From positions 1 through 64,000 of IMG/VR virus record IMGVR_UViG_3300015214_000029: 64,000 bases of DNA; one strand, 5' to 3'. Positions 28,801-36,803 of this stretch are shown piece by piece. The notes beneath the pieces are model-generated. The model did not search any database. It was given only the letters and a program-made list of their open reading frames with translations, and was not told where the DNA came from. This DNA is from a virus. Lineage: Duplodnaviria; Caudoviricetes. The position numbers and the translations under genes are program-made. The number at the start of each line of letters is the position of its first letter. Position 1 is the first letter of the stretch.

Positions 28801-29189
28801 TTGAGGGGGTCAAAGGCGCGTTCATCAGTCTCAAGGAATGGCTGCTCGGCAATGTCGAAGACATCCTACGGCCCATCCGCAGGATTGGAGAGGCGGTGGG
28901 CTTGATCCATTCAGAAAACACGAACTCGCCCGAACTCAAGTTGCAGCACTCTTTCGAGTTGTTTGAGGACTATCTGAAAACAGCAAAGTTCGATTACACG
29001 GTCGGCGCTCGCCTGGCTCCCGAGACGGTAGACAGCCTCTCGGCAATGGTCTCGCCAGGGCGCAACGTCAGCTATGTGAGCAACGACAACCGCATCCAGG
29101 TGGGCGATGTGAATACTTACGGGGCGCGGGCCAATCCCGGGGCCTCGCTCATGGACACCCTGCGCCGGGTACAGTCCCAGAGGGTATAA
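25815..29189 (+). CDS. Tape measure protein (TP901-type N-terminus)
   Basis: 1124 aa, Ala/Gly-rich helical; 'FEDAFAGVSKT', 'LGNNAAATEPEI', 'GVRAEMGGTAVSR'; hydrophobic mid-section. Confidence 0.93.
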   Translation: MASAEIGIAIVLRGLGTFRQNMGAAQSDINRFERSIAGMAGSAGKFGQTLTSLGTAIMGMGRTLTLGITAPLVAVNTALVNAGIQFEDAFAGVSKTVDGIADDFGNLTELGLGVRQEFRDMALEIPVAATELARIGQIAGQLGVEAAPLIGELGTELGYFTEIVAKMGATTDLSTEEAAFAFARLANIMGQQDNIIEFVNGLSNAIVDLGNNAAATEPEIVAAALRIAGAGRVVGMSTQEVLGFATALGELGVRAEMGGTAVSRVMQEMFLAISEGVQTTEVVLEQVDSAERAHLESLTRRSLNAQQRQFELDAALDRGVISMEEYDKRAQKNNQTLAELDAAIAALPEGLDEVATAMVQAGGPLVTFATISGQSVEEFERAFKEDAAGAVVHFIERLAIMQDEGKITKDMLNELGLGGVRVRDVLNRMGGDMSVVTENIERANRAWEEQTALQIEYQKRINTVKSQLQLLGNQFKDLGITIFDLVKEDLARLIAGISAIIRHFREMDPRTQRLILLVGGLAAAVGPLLIAFGGIVAIVGQVATGIGVIATAMTGALGPVLLLVGAIGALIAGLVALTPLGDPVRDFIDKIRQDIEAYLSGEGLPPISIPITPVVEEPEDTGPRAPNVPVVNVVPRTLAPGPTNVRNLPEGIDFGAGYDWSEPPDLSAMRAAVTEAAIPEPEAVQAGWQVTLDTIKEKVSGFLSEISGFFTDQTARVGLLEQLGFTPEQVAELDNFVLMIESIFKVIPETVKEVFADVSEVWENDFIQNLRDVGVLEDIEVNWTDVWDAIRQAVVGAVQGIAFIVALLLSIVTGIISGLAGMAAVIIGQFQVLAVTVPNIIRGLINAVSNFFLMLRKFFTGDFDAAKEHFIRAWQGLRDAVTNLFASIAALFFGAFGGILAFLGGFIQGVINFFKNLYETLVGHSIIPDMLNAIKRVFTDRLNDVKEFVQGIIDDLKSIWTGLKNSLERIIDGIGDFIDSIGTTTEEMLDVAGGALEGVKGAFISLKEWLLGNVEDILRPIRRIGEAVGLIHSENTNSPELKLQHSFELFEDYLKTAKFDYTVGARLAPETVDSLSAMVSPGRNVSYVSNDNRIQVGDVNTYGARANPGASLMDTLRRVQSQRV

Positions 29190-29191
29190 CT

Positions 29192-30070
29192 GTGACAATC
29201 ATCGAGAAGCTGGACTACATCACCCCTGACGGACAGGTACTCCCCCTGCACAACCCGCCCAGCCGGGTGGTAACCGAGATCACGGGGTGGGGGGAGCCGT
29301 CCAAGCAGGTAGATACCCGGCGCGGGGCCTACCAGCACGGGGAAACCATCATTGCCACCTGGCTGGAGCCGCGTGAGGTGTCCTGTACCCTGCGCCTGCA
29401 AACCCGAGACCGGGACGCCTACTGGAGTATGCGCCAGCGGCTCAACAACGCCCTGCGCCACAGCCGCACCGAGCCCCTGTACCCGAGGCCCGGCGTGTTG
29501 CGCCGCACCCTCTCCAACGGGCAGGTGCGCTGCCTGGATGTCGTGCTGATGGAAGGGCTGGCCTATACCAATCCAGGCGCGAATACCTGGGACGAGTGGG
29601 GGATCTTCGAACAGCTAAAGTTCATGGCTCACAACCCGGTCATCTATGACCCGCAGCAGTATCTCATCACGCCCCTGACCGGCTTTAACAGCACGCCTAC
29701 TCAGACGCGCACGGTCGTCTATACCGGGACCTGGGCAGAGTACCCTATCATGACGGTCACCGGGCCTACTGATGGGTTTGCTATCAGAAACCTGACTACC
29801 GGGCATGAACTCTACTATATCCGGACGGTTAAGGCAGGCGAGGTCATTACCATCGACCTGCGCTACGGGGAGAAGTCGCTGACCAGCAACCTGGACGGTC
29901 CGGTTACCGGCTACCTGGATATGGGGTTCTCAGACATGGGGGTATGGTCGCTCCAACCCGACCCGGTCGCTCCACAGGGCATCAACCAGATCGAGGTGCA
30001 GACCTACTTCACACAGACAACGGCGACCAAGTTTGAAATGAGTTACTACCTGCGCTACGAGTCCATCTAG
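29192..30070 (+). CDS. Distal tail protein (Dit, siphovirus tail component)
   Basis: Follows TMP; 'REVSCTLRL', 'FMAHNPVIY', 'YTGTWAEYPIMTVTGP'. Confidence 0.8.
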   Translation: MTIIEKLDYITPDGQVLPLHNPPSRVVTEITGWGEPSKQVDTRRGAYQHGETIIATWLEPREVSCTLRLQTRDRDAYWSMRQRLNNALRHSRTEPLYPRPGVLRRTLSNGQVRCLDVVLMEGLAYTNPGANTWDEWGIFEQLKFMAHNPVIYDPQQYLITPLTGFNSTPTQTRTVVYTGTWAEYPIMTVTGPTDGFAIRNLTTGHELYYIRTVKAGEVITIDLRYGEKSLTSNLDGPVTGYLDMGFSDMGVWSLQPDPVAPQGINQIEVQTYFTQTTATKFEMSYYLRYESI

Positions 30071-30177
30071 GGGCGGCTTGCTGCCAGGTGGGGAAGGTCC
30101 CGTACTGCTGCCCTCACCGCCCCCAGGATCATTCCCCACCTGTTCGAGAGGCGGCTGGTGAGCCGCCTCTCTCGATT

Positions 30178-30849
30178 CTACCGCTGGGGCCGGTGCTGCT
30201 GGATGAAAGTCTTGGGGTCGATATAGTGGGCCAGCACCCCATCGTAAGAAGCCCCGGGCCAGTGGTTGGGATTGCGTTCCATGATGTCAGTCCGTGCCAT
30301 GTCGAAATGGAGATGGTAGGCAAACCGACCGTCCGAGTTGCCGACCTGCCCGATCTGCTGCCCGCGTGCGACAACGTCCCCGGTCTTAACCAGCACATTG
30401 TTCATATGGGCGCTGCGCGACCAGATGACCAGTCCATCCGGCAGCGGGTCGTGTCGGATGACGACCAGGTTGCCCCAGGTGCCGTTTCCCCTGCCGGAGA
30501 AGGTGACCAGCCCCGAGCCCGAGGCGTAGACCGGAGCGTGCCGGTCGGCGTCCCAGTGAGGGCTGTTACTGTTGAGGTCGGCTCCGGTGTGGAACTGGGG
30601 GATACCATTGAGCAGGTAGCGGCTGGCAAAGCCAGTCGCGTCGAACCAGGTGCCGGGCCACACCTGTGCGCTGGCCCGCTCTTCCTCGGTACCGATGGGC
30701 GGGTCAAAGCCGTCGCCTGGCAGGTCAAAGACCAGGCCCAGGTTGAAGGTGTCGTTGAGCAGGGCCTTCAGCCCGCGTGCGTCGCTGCGGGCGTAGGTGT
30801 CCAGGATCTCGCGCAGGTAGCCCCGCTTGATGATTAAGTCGCTGTCCAT
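30178..30849 (-). CDS. M23 family peptidase (endolysin candidate)
   Basis: 'HTGADLN' (HxxxD), 'GNLVVIRH', 'AHM', 'YHLHF' (HxH); start taken at MDSDL. Confidence 0.88.
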   Translation of the reverse strand: MDSDLIIKRGYLREILDTYARSDARGLKALLNDTFNLGLVFDLPGDGFDPPIGTEEERASAQVWPGTWFDATGFASRYLLNGIPQFHTGADLNSNSPHWDADRHAPVYASGSGLVTFSGRGNGTWGNLVVIRHDPLPDGLVIWSRSAHMNNVLVKTGDVVARGQQIGQVGNSDGRFAYHLHFDMARTDIMERNPNHWPGASYDGVLAHYIDPKTFIQQHRPQR

Positions 30850-30913
30850 TTTTTGTCTCTCCAGGAGTGGTAGGTAAGCGGATGAGGCTGTTGTACCACT
30901 CTTCGGGGCACTT

Positions 30914-31189
30914 TCAAAACGGGGAGCGGTCCTCAATTCCCCGTGCGGGACGCCTGCCCGACAGCGCCCACTGCTCAAATTCCTCTCTGAAGTGAATGAT
31001 CAACTCCCGCGCCTGGTCCTGGGGTAGCTCGTAGATGGGCTGGGGGTTAACTGCCAGTTTGATCATGAGGTCAAAGAGGTAGACCAGTTTACCCCCGGTG
31101 TTGTCCGAGTCGTTGGCCCAGGACTGGATCACCTGGATGTTCTCAGCCGTCAGGCGATTGAAGTTGAACTTGATGTCTGCGATGCTCAT
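30914..31189 (-). CDS. Hypothetical protein
   Basis: 91-aa ORF with TATAAT box and AGGA RBS just upstream. Confidence 0.5.
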   Translation of the reverse strand: MSIADIKFNFNRLTAENIQVIQSWANDSDNTGGKLVYLFDLMIKLAVNPQPIYELPQDQARELIIHFREEFEQWALSGRRPARGIEDRSPF

Positions 31190-31209
31190 GGTCGTCCTAT
31201 TATAATGTA

Positions 31210-31235
31210 GGGACCCGAATTTCTACTCGGGTCCC
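31210..31235 (-). terminator. Stem-loop after the 31258 gene
   Basis: GGGACCCGA-8 nt-TCGGGTCCC inverted repeat. Confidence 0.45.
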
Positions 31236-31257
31236 TTCTATTTCTCGCACGTCCGGG

Positions 31258-31662
31258 CTACTCCACAAACCCCAGCAGGATCTCCGTCGCCAGCTTGCGT
31301 ATCTTGGGATCGGGGTTTTCGATGCCTGCCTTGAGAGTCTTGGCAACCAGCGTGCTGAACTCCATCTCCGACTGCACCTGACGCATGATCACCATCACAC
31401 TGCCCATCAGCAGCCCGCGTGAAGTAAAGATGCGCAGCGTGCCCGCCCCGTTAACCATCTCTTCCCAGGCTTCCACAATATCCTCGGATGCAGGCTGCTG
31501 CATCTCAGGCGGGAGTGCTTGCAGTGCGCTGTGCGTCTTGCGCTGGTAGTCTGCAATGAACTCCCGGCACTCTTTGACAGCCTCTTCCTCGTTGTCAAAC
31601 ATGCGCAGCGTGGTCACCTTATCCTGATACCGGGCTTCCATCAACCACACTTCAGGCTTCAT
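31258..31662 (-). CDS. Hypothetical protein
   Basis: 134-aa ORF in a tightly packed leftward operon. Confidence 0.55.
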   Translation of the reverse strand: MKPEVWLMEARYQDKVTTLRMFDNEEEAVKECREFIADYQRKTHSALQALPPEMQQPASEDIVEAWEEMVNGAGTLRIFTSRGLLMGSVMVIMRQVQSEMEFSTLVAKTLKAGIENPDPKIRKLATEILLGFVE

Positions 31663-32077
31663 CGTCCACCTCTTGGTCCATGTAGGGAGCCACGTTCACC
31701 AGGAACTCCAGCCTGTCCAGGCTGGGATCACTGCCGAAATCTCCGATGCGGCATACCATCTCGTCCTCGGTGACCGGGCGCACGATCATGTAGTTGAAGC
31801 CGCGCATGAAGTCACGCGAGATGAAGAACGTTATGTCCTCGCCCTCGCTGACCACCTCTTCCCAGGGCTCCCAGGTCGAGTCACCCAGCATCTTGCGCAG
31901 TTCCTCTTCACTGGTGTCCGGGTCCCCTTCCTGAAGATGCTCCACGATACCGGACTGGAAGCTGGACAGGGACTTGCGGGCCGCTGCCAGCCCCTCTTCC
32001 CGGGTGCTGAAGAACCCTACTGCCGTGCAATGACCGGTCGAAACAGCCTCAGCCACCCAGCACAAACGTTCACTCAT
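31652..32077 (-). CDS. Hypothetical acidic protein
   Basis: 141-aa ORF with GGAG RBS. Confidence 0.55.
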   Translation of the reverse strand: MSERLCWVAEAVSTGHCTAVGFFSTREEGLAAARKSLSSFQSGIVEHLQEGDPDTSEEELRKMLGDSTWEPWEEVVSEGEDITFFISRDFMRGFNYMIVRPVTEDEMVCRIGDFGSDPSLDRLEFLVNVAPYMDQEVDDEA

Positions 32078-32114
32078 CAGTTTCTCCTTTTAGCTAATTT
32101 AGCTAGACTAGGTC

Positions 32115-32429
32115 TTACCCGACTACATCAAACAGCACAACCGTTACCAGGTCTGTTTCCTCGAACCCGGGATAGATGTCCTGCATCACTGCCAGCAGCC
32201 CCTCGCGGGTGCGGCAGGCAGGGTCGTGCTCCACCGCCAGCCATGCGGCGGGGATCTCCTCGAAGGGCAGAGTGTGGGTGCGGGTGATGATTCCCCGTGC
32301 AACCTGGTTCTCTTCCAGATCACAGAGGGAAACCAGCGTACCCTCTTCCTCTGCCCACTTGTCTCCCCGGCGCACCGTGACATTGGTCCCTTCCTCGAAG
32401 GTCGGGTTCTCGAACAGTAACTTCTTCAT
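32115..32429 (-). CDS. ASCH/PUA-like domain protein
   Basis: 'GTNVTVRRG', 'LPFEEI...AVEHD', 'IYP....VTVVLF' follow the ASCH pattern. Confidence 0.65.
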   Translation of the reverse strand: MKKLLFENPTFEEGTNVTVRRGDKWAEEEGTLVSLCDLEENQVARGIITRTHTLPFEEIPAAWLAVEHDPACRTREGLLAVMQDIYPGFEETDLVTVVLFDVVG

Positions 32430-32626
32430 GGTTCCCCCTTAAAGGATTGGTCGAATAGGTCCCGGAACTGAAATGCTCAGGACAGTAATCCCCCAACAAT
32501 CCCCGCTACCCGCAGCAGAACCAGCAGGATAGCGGCAAAGACCAAGACCCAGACTAAAAAGTTGACGTACCCGTCTTCGTGCCACATACTCGACACCTCA
32601 GCTTCAGGCTCAATAGAATGCCTGTA

Positions 32627-32866
32627 CTATTTAGTTTCGTAGAAATCAAATCCCAGCGACTTGGTCCAGGCTTGTATGGTGGCCTCGTTCGCATCCAGCA
32701 GGTTGGCATCGTTGTAGTAGGTCGTCTCGTCGCCGGGGGTCAACGGACCATCCAGCAAGTCAAGGGCCTGCTCCCGGGTAATCTGTCCCTGCTGGCGATA
32801 CTTCTTGATGGTGCGCAGGCGCAGCAGCCTGGCTACTCCGGTAACGATGGAGTCACTCATGTTCAT
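32627..32866 (-). CDS. Hypothetical protein
   Basis: Start at MNMSD with AAGGA RBS. Confidence 0.5.
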   Translation of the reverse strand: MNMSDSIVTGVARLLRLRTIKKYRQQGQITREQALDLLDGPLTPGDETTYYNDANLLDANEATIQAWTKSLGFDFYETK

Positions 32867-33096
32867 TCCTTCCCCCGATATTCCAATGTCCTTCGCTCCC
32901 CGGTATAGAGGACATAGCCACAGTCGGCGCAATAGACGAGCGCCTGGTCCCAGACCGTCCCCATGAGCTTCACCTCGCGGCTGCGGTAGTCGGCTTTGGT
33001 CAGGTTATGCCAGGTCCGCATTGGCGCGTCGATGAACACTTTAGCCGAATAGCGGACGTTTTCGCTTCCGCAGCGTGGACAGGTGAGTGTACTCAT
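32863..33096 (-). CDS. Small zinc-ribbon protein
   Basis: CPRC...CADC. Confidence 0.55.
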   Translation of the reverse strand: MSTLTCPRCGSENVRYSAKVFIDAPMRTWHNLTKADYRSREVKLMGTVWDQALVYCADCGYVLYTGERRTLEYRGKE

Positions 33097-33101
33097 CCCC
33101 G

Positions 33102-33326
33102 TTATCCCTCTGTTGAGATGTTGGCAAGCCGGGCCTTCACCCACTTGGGAGCCCGTTTAGCCTTGTAGTGCCGACGCAGCCCGCAGTCATCGCACTTCAC
33201 CAGAAGATCTCCGGTCAGCCAGGCATCATTGCTGGTACCCGCGTAGCCCCCGTTCTCCCAGGTGTGCTCGTAGAGCAGGTCATAGAACTCAATGATGGTG
33301 CAATTGCTGTGTCGGCACTTAGCCAT
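33102..33326 (-). CDS. Small Cys/His-rich hypothetical protein
   Basis: CRH...CDDC; GGAGTAGG RBS. Confidence 0.5.
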   Translation of the reverse strand: MAKCRHSNCTIIEFYDLLYEHTWENGGYAGTSNDAWLTGDLLVKCDDCGLRRHYKAKRAPKWVKARLANISTEG

Positions 33327-33331
33327 TGTCC

Positions 33332-33805
33332 CTACTCCCTGAGATCGTCTGCCGTGCCGCCTGCCAGTAGTTCCGGGCCTATCTTGACCAGAGCCGCCTT
33401 TGCCTTGTGGAGCATCTGGTCATAGACTGACAACGGCTTGCCCTCGATCTTGTACTGCCAGGTCTGCTTGGGCTCCAGGTACGGGATGAACCAGGCCAAA
33501 CAAGCGACCGCATCCCGCAGGGTCTCAATGTCCCCCTCTGGTCCGTAGCAGTACGGACACGGACCCTCGATGTTCTCATAAGTTGCCGGGTCCCAGCCCA
33601 CTACTGTGATGCCGCTGCCCTCACACTCAACACAGGCTATTTGGTCGCCGCGTACTCGCAGAGAGGTGTAGTTGTCGGTAAACTGGACGATATACCCACC
33701 GTCTACCAGCCCGATAACCCGCCCGACATCTCCCTCGACAATCCCGTTCCGGATCTTGTCTGAGGTGTAGATGACTGGCGCTCCAACACGGTACTTTCTA
33801 GTCAT
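33332..33805 (-). CDS. Hypothetical protein with SH3-like start and CxxC-CxxC insert
   Basis: 'YRVGAPV..GDVGRVI' then CVEC/CPYC; GAGGT RBS. Confidence 0.5.
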   Translation of the reverse strand: MTRKYRVGAPVIYTSDKIRNGIVEGDVGRVIGLVDGGYIVQFTDNYTSLRVRGDQIACVECEGSGITVVGWDPATYENIEGPCPYCYGPEGDIETLRDAVACLAWFIPYLEPKQTWQYKIEGKPLSVYDQMLHKAKAALVKIGPELLAGGTADDLRE

Positions 33806-33992
33806 GTCTACCTCGCTGTATGTATTCAAACCGGATCAGCAGCGCCAGCACAATGACAAGATAGGCGAGCCCTGCCGGGGGATACCGCTGGTACAGATGT
33901 ACAAACATTACCCCTACCAGTATCAACCCCAGAATAGCCCCCAGCAGGACACTTGCCAGCACCCAGCCGCGCATCAGCCTGCCGCTCCCCAA
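33798..33992 (-). CDS. Small membrane protein (2 TM)
   Basis: Two hydrophobic segments. Confidence 0.45.
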   Translation of the reverse strand: MGSGRLMRGWVLASVLLGAILGLILVGVMFVHLYQRYPPAGLAYLVIVLALLIRFEYIQRGRHD

Positions 33993-34186
33993 TCATCATC
34001 CGGGGGCTCTGTCTTTGTCGGCTCTATGAGCAGCATAAGCCCCTGGCTGAAGCGGATTGTGACCATTGCCCCGATAAACCCGACCGCCAGGCAGATAGAC
34101 AGGCCCAGACTGGTGTGCTGGTACAAGAGCCCGGTAAGGACTGCGGTCAGAGTAAATAGGGCCAGCAGCACAAATAGTATATACAT
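33974..34186 (-). CDS. Small membrane protein (2 TM)
   Basis: Two hydrophobic segments; AGGAG RBS. Confidence 0.5.
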   Translation of the reverse strand: MYILFVLLALFTLTAVLTGLLYQHTSLGLSICLAVGFIGAMVTIRFSQGLMLLIEPTKTEPPDDDWGAAG

Positions 34187-34195
34187 GTACTACTC

Positions 34196-34417
34196 CTACT
34201 CTGCGCCGGGAAAATCCTCTTCGAGCGCCACCACCTTATCGTACAGGCGCTCCAGGCTGTCCAGTACCTCAAAGATGTCATCCACCACATCCTTGAAGCG
34301 GTTACGCTCTGCATACTCATCGGTGTGATCCGGGACTTCGGACAGTACCTCAGCCCCCAGGTCGATGATGTTTCCCAGAGCCTTGTCTACTAGATTACTC
34401 GCTATGTTGGTACGCAT
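34196..34417 (-). CDS. Hypothetical coiled-coil protein
   Basis: Start at MRTN overlapping the upstream stop. Confidence 0.5.
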   Translation of the reverse strand: MRTNIASNLVDKALGNIIDLGAEVLSEVPDHTDEYAERNRFKDVVDDIFEVLDSLERLYDKVVALEEDFPGAE

Positions 34418-34629
34418 CACTCTACTCCCAGCCAATAGTGGTCGGGTAAAACGTTCTTGACCTGGCGGATCTCCAGCCCCTCTATCTCGCCCGCCAGCTT
34501 CGCTGCTGTCGAGGGGTGAACCTGGCAGATGGTGGGCGACTCGCCATACTTCTGTGCGTAATAATCCACCGCCCGCTGAAGTCCCACCAGTGAGGGTGAG
34601 GCGTCGTACCAGAGCATCCCTATCTTCAC
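34417..34629 (-). CDS. Hypothetical protein, paralog of 48667-48957
   Basis: 'RAVDYYAQKYGESPTICQVHP' versus 'RAIRQFEKRYYRKPTHLLVNP'. Confidence 0.55.
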   Translation of the reverse strand: MKIGMLWYDASPSLVGLQRAVDYYAQKYGESPTICQVHPSTAAKLAGEIEGLEIRQVKNVLPDHYWLGVE

Positions 34630-34991
34630 ACCAGACTCCTTTCCCAGGGATCGTACAGATCTGCTATTGCGTCGTCTATCGCAGCCACCTGCTCCGGGTC
34701 CTGGGGCACAATAAAGAACCCCTGCTCACTCAAGAATAATTCCAGCACTGCCTTGATCCGGTTGCGCTGCTCGGCTCGCTGCCGGGCCTGGGCAACCTCG
34801 TCCTTCTGCTGCTGAGCAGCCGCATACTTGGACACCGTCGCCTTGTGACAGCCCTCAGAGCAGAAGTGGTGCTGTATCTCCCCGTGAAACTTGCCGTCCG
34901 GCTTGTGCAGGGCATCTGTAATCACCCACTCGGGCTTGGCGATCTCTTCCCCACAGTTGTCACAGAAGTAGGTATACTTAGCCTTGATCAT
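34626..34991 (-). CDS. Zinc-finger hypothetical protein
   Basis: CDNC...HFCSEGC (TRASH/MYM-like). Confidence 0.5.
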   Translation of the reverse strand: MIKAKYTYFCDNCGEEIAKPEWVITDALHKPDGKFHGEIQHHFCSEGCHKATVSKYAAAQQQKDEVAQARQRAEQRNRIKAVLELFLSEQGFFIVPQDPEQVAAIDDAIADLYDPWERSLV

Positions 34992-35169
34992 CGTACATCT
35001 CCTTAATCCGGGCCTCAATCTCCCGGGCTTTACGCTCGTTGTCCGGCACCTCATAGGTACCGTCTACCTGCAAGAACATGTCCAGCACCCGCTGAAGGCG
35101 CTGAACCCGCTCCCGGTGCAGTGCCTCGCGCTGGGTGCGCCGGATCTCACTGGATGTGTAGCGTTTCAT
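34978..35169 (-). CDS. Hypothetical basic helical protein
   Basis: Start at MKRY overlapping the upstream stop. Confidence 0.4.
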   Translation of the reverse strand: MKRYTSSEIRRTQREALHRERVQRLQRVLDMFLQVDGTYEVPDNERKAREIEARIKEMYDDQG

Positions 35170-35393
35170 AGTCGCTCGTCCCAGAAAGTCAGCGCCACCC
35201 GTAAGGCGTAGGCTAGGGCGAAGAAAGGCGTGACCCCCAGAATAACCAGCAGGACAAGGGGCCACCAAAGGGCGACAGCGACTACCTGCCAGAGGTTCAG
35301 GTCAGACTCTTCTATCATCGCCATGAATAAAACGAAACACACAAAGAGCCAAAAGACAACCCCACTGGCTATCATTATGTCCTGTGAGTCCAT
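35166..35393 (-). CDS. Small membrane protein
   Basis: Two to three hydrophobic segments. Confidence 0.5.
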   Translation of the reverse strand: MDSQDIMIASGVVFWLFVCFVLFMAMIEESDLNLWQVVAVALWWPLVLLVILGVTPFFALAYALRVALTFWDERL

Positions 35394-35394
35394 G

Positions 35395-35745
35395 TCAGGC
35401 CCCCCGGTAGCGGTCCTCGCCGTGCCCCTCGCCGTCGATCAGCCCGGCGCTCGCCCGCTGGTTCAGCCGGTACAGCAGATGGGCAGCGGCATCCTCTAAA
35501 GTAACCCCGAGATCCGTGATGCCCTGGACCACCGCCCAGAGCACATCTTCTAACTCTTCCAGCAGCCGCTCCCGATTCTCGGGCGAGACCACAAAGGGCA
35601 CCGGTTCGCGCCGCATCTGTTTATTGAGGATGCGCTGGGTCTCGCCCGCTTCCTCGACCAGCAGGGCAACCGGGTAGATGACCTGGTTCTCGTCCGGGTA
35701 GATGGCTGTCTCTGCCACCCGCCGCTGTAAGTCGTTGAGTTCCAT
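35395..35745 (-). CDS. mazG: MazG-like nucleotide pyrophosphohydrolase
   Basis: 'LVEEAGE..K' and 'LLEELEDVLWAV' (EExxE...ExxD). Confidence 0.8.
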   Translation of the reverse strand: MELNDLQRRVAETAIYPDENQVIYPVALLVEEAGETQRILNKQMRREPVPFVVSPENRERLLEELEDVLWAVVQGITDLGVTLEDAAAHLLYRLNQRASAGLIDGEGHGEDRYRGA

Positions 35746-35772
35746 AGAATTTGCGGCAGGGTACTCCCCGTT

Positions 35773-36441
35773 TTAACGGGGAGGGGAATGCCGCCTTCCT
35801 CCTTTTGCGCTTCTCACGATGTGGTGCATCACCTGCCGCCCGAGAAATTCGCTGTACGCGGGCGGGATGGCTTGCGCGGTCTCGCGCTGCGTCATGTACC
35901 AGTCGATGCCCATTGCCGCCCGCCCCTCCGCTACCCCGCTGAAATGGCCGAAGATGCTCCACACCTCGCCCTCGTCCTGCGGCTGGCGTCCGGTGCGCGG
36001 TGCCCGCAACCCCAGCGCCTTGTGCGAAACGTGCTCGGGTGCTACCAGCGGCAGGTTGCTCTCGAAGTAGCGATGCCGGAACATCCGCAGTCCGAACATC
36101 GTGCCGCACAGCATCACAGGGTTGTGCAGCGGTGCGCCTGCTACGTTCTCAATAATGTACGGCTTGCCGCTATCCACGAGCAGCGCCCGCGCTGCCGCTA
36201 CCAGGTCGGGGTACTCGTTGCCGAGTACGTTATTCAGCGACGTATACGCCTGGCACGGCGGGCTTGCCCAGATGAGGTCAAATGTGCCGAGGTCGAGCGG
36301 CGGGCGTAGCGCGTCGCCCCGCACGAAGGCGAACGGGTAGTTCGGCTGGTTGCCAATATCGACACCCACGACCTCGAAGCCCGCCATGTGCAGGCCCATC
36401 GCCGCGCCGCCCGCGCCGCAGAACAAGTCCAGCGCCTTCAT
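35773..36441 (-). CDS. DNA cytosine-5 methyltransferase (short phage type), cargo of element B
   Basis: Motif I 'LDLFCGAGG', IV 'ASPPCQ', VI 'IIENV', VIII 'RHRYFE', X 'QAIPPAYSEFLG'; stop codon lies within the IS left-end hairpin. Confidence 0.9.
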   Translation of the reverse strand: MKALDLFCGAGGAAMGLHMAGFEVVGVDIGNQPNYPFAFVRGDALRPPLDLGTFDLIWASPPCQAYTSLNNVLGNEYPDLVAAARALLVDSGKPYIIENVAGAPLHNPVMLCGTMFGLRMFRHRYFESNLPLVAPEHVSHKALGLRAPRTGRQPQDEGEVWSIFGHFSGVAEGRAAMGIDWYMTQRETAQAIPPAYSEFLGRQVMHHIVRSAKGGRRHSPPR

Positions 36442-36504
36442 CTCACGCCACCGCCAGCTGCGTGTACGTAGAACAAAAGTGCGCGTTGACCATGTTATCC
36501 CTCT

Positions 36505-36606
36505 CTGAATATTCTCTCCGCCGGGACGCGGCCCCCAGACGCTAACGTGGGCCACGATGCCGTGCGTAGTCTGGGAAGCTCCCCCTTTAAGGGGGAGAGC
36601 CGTCAC
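36505..36606 (+). ncRNA. Retained 3' tnpB/omega-RNA scaffold segment
   Basis: Translates as LNILSAGTRPPDANVGHDAVRSLGSSPF, nearly identical to the TnpB C-terminus at 50218-50303; guide would be the flank CAGAGCTCCATG. Confidence 0.6.
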
Positions 36607-36803
36607 CAGAGCTCCATGTCTTCGGGGTCTGCCTTGACCCCTGCCGGACAGCAGCAGCGTCGCCAGTAAGCCCGGCCCCAGTAACAAGTTGTTAGTTCTT
36701 CAGTTGCCGGGTAGAGTTCGACCAGATAGGTGCCCCGCCCGCCACACTCGCACGAACAGGGGTCCTCTTCCTCTACCGGCCGCCCATCTACCCAAACAGT
36801 CAT
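36603..36803 (-). CDS. Small Cys-rich hypothetical protein
   Basis: CSCEC..C..CCC; last codons W-stop completed by the IS right end. Confidence 0.5.
   Translation of the reverse strand: MTVWVDGRPVEEEDPCSCECGGRGTYLVELYPATEELTTCYWGRAYWRRCCCPAGVKADPEDMELW

Larger units (their letters stand above)
35746..36606 (+). mobile_element. Non-autonomous IS200/IS605 derivative carrying a C5-methyltransferase (element B)
   Basis: Left ~80 bp and right ~100 bp near-identical to the ends of element C (48958-50319); same CCAT target on the left and TCAC end on the right; tnpB body absent. Confidence 0.88.
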
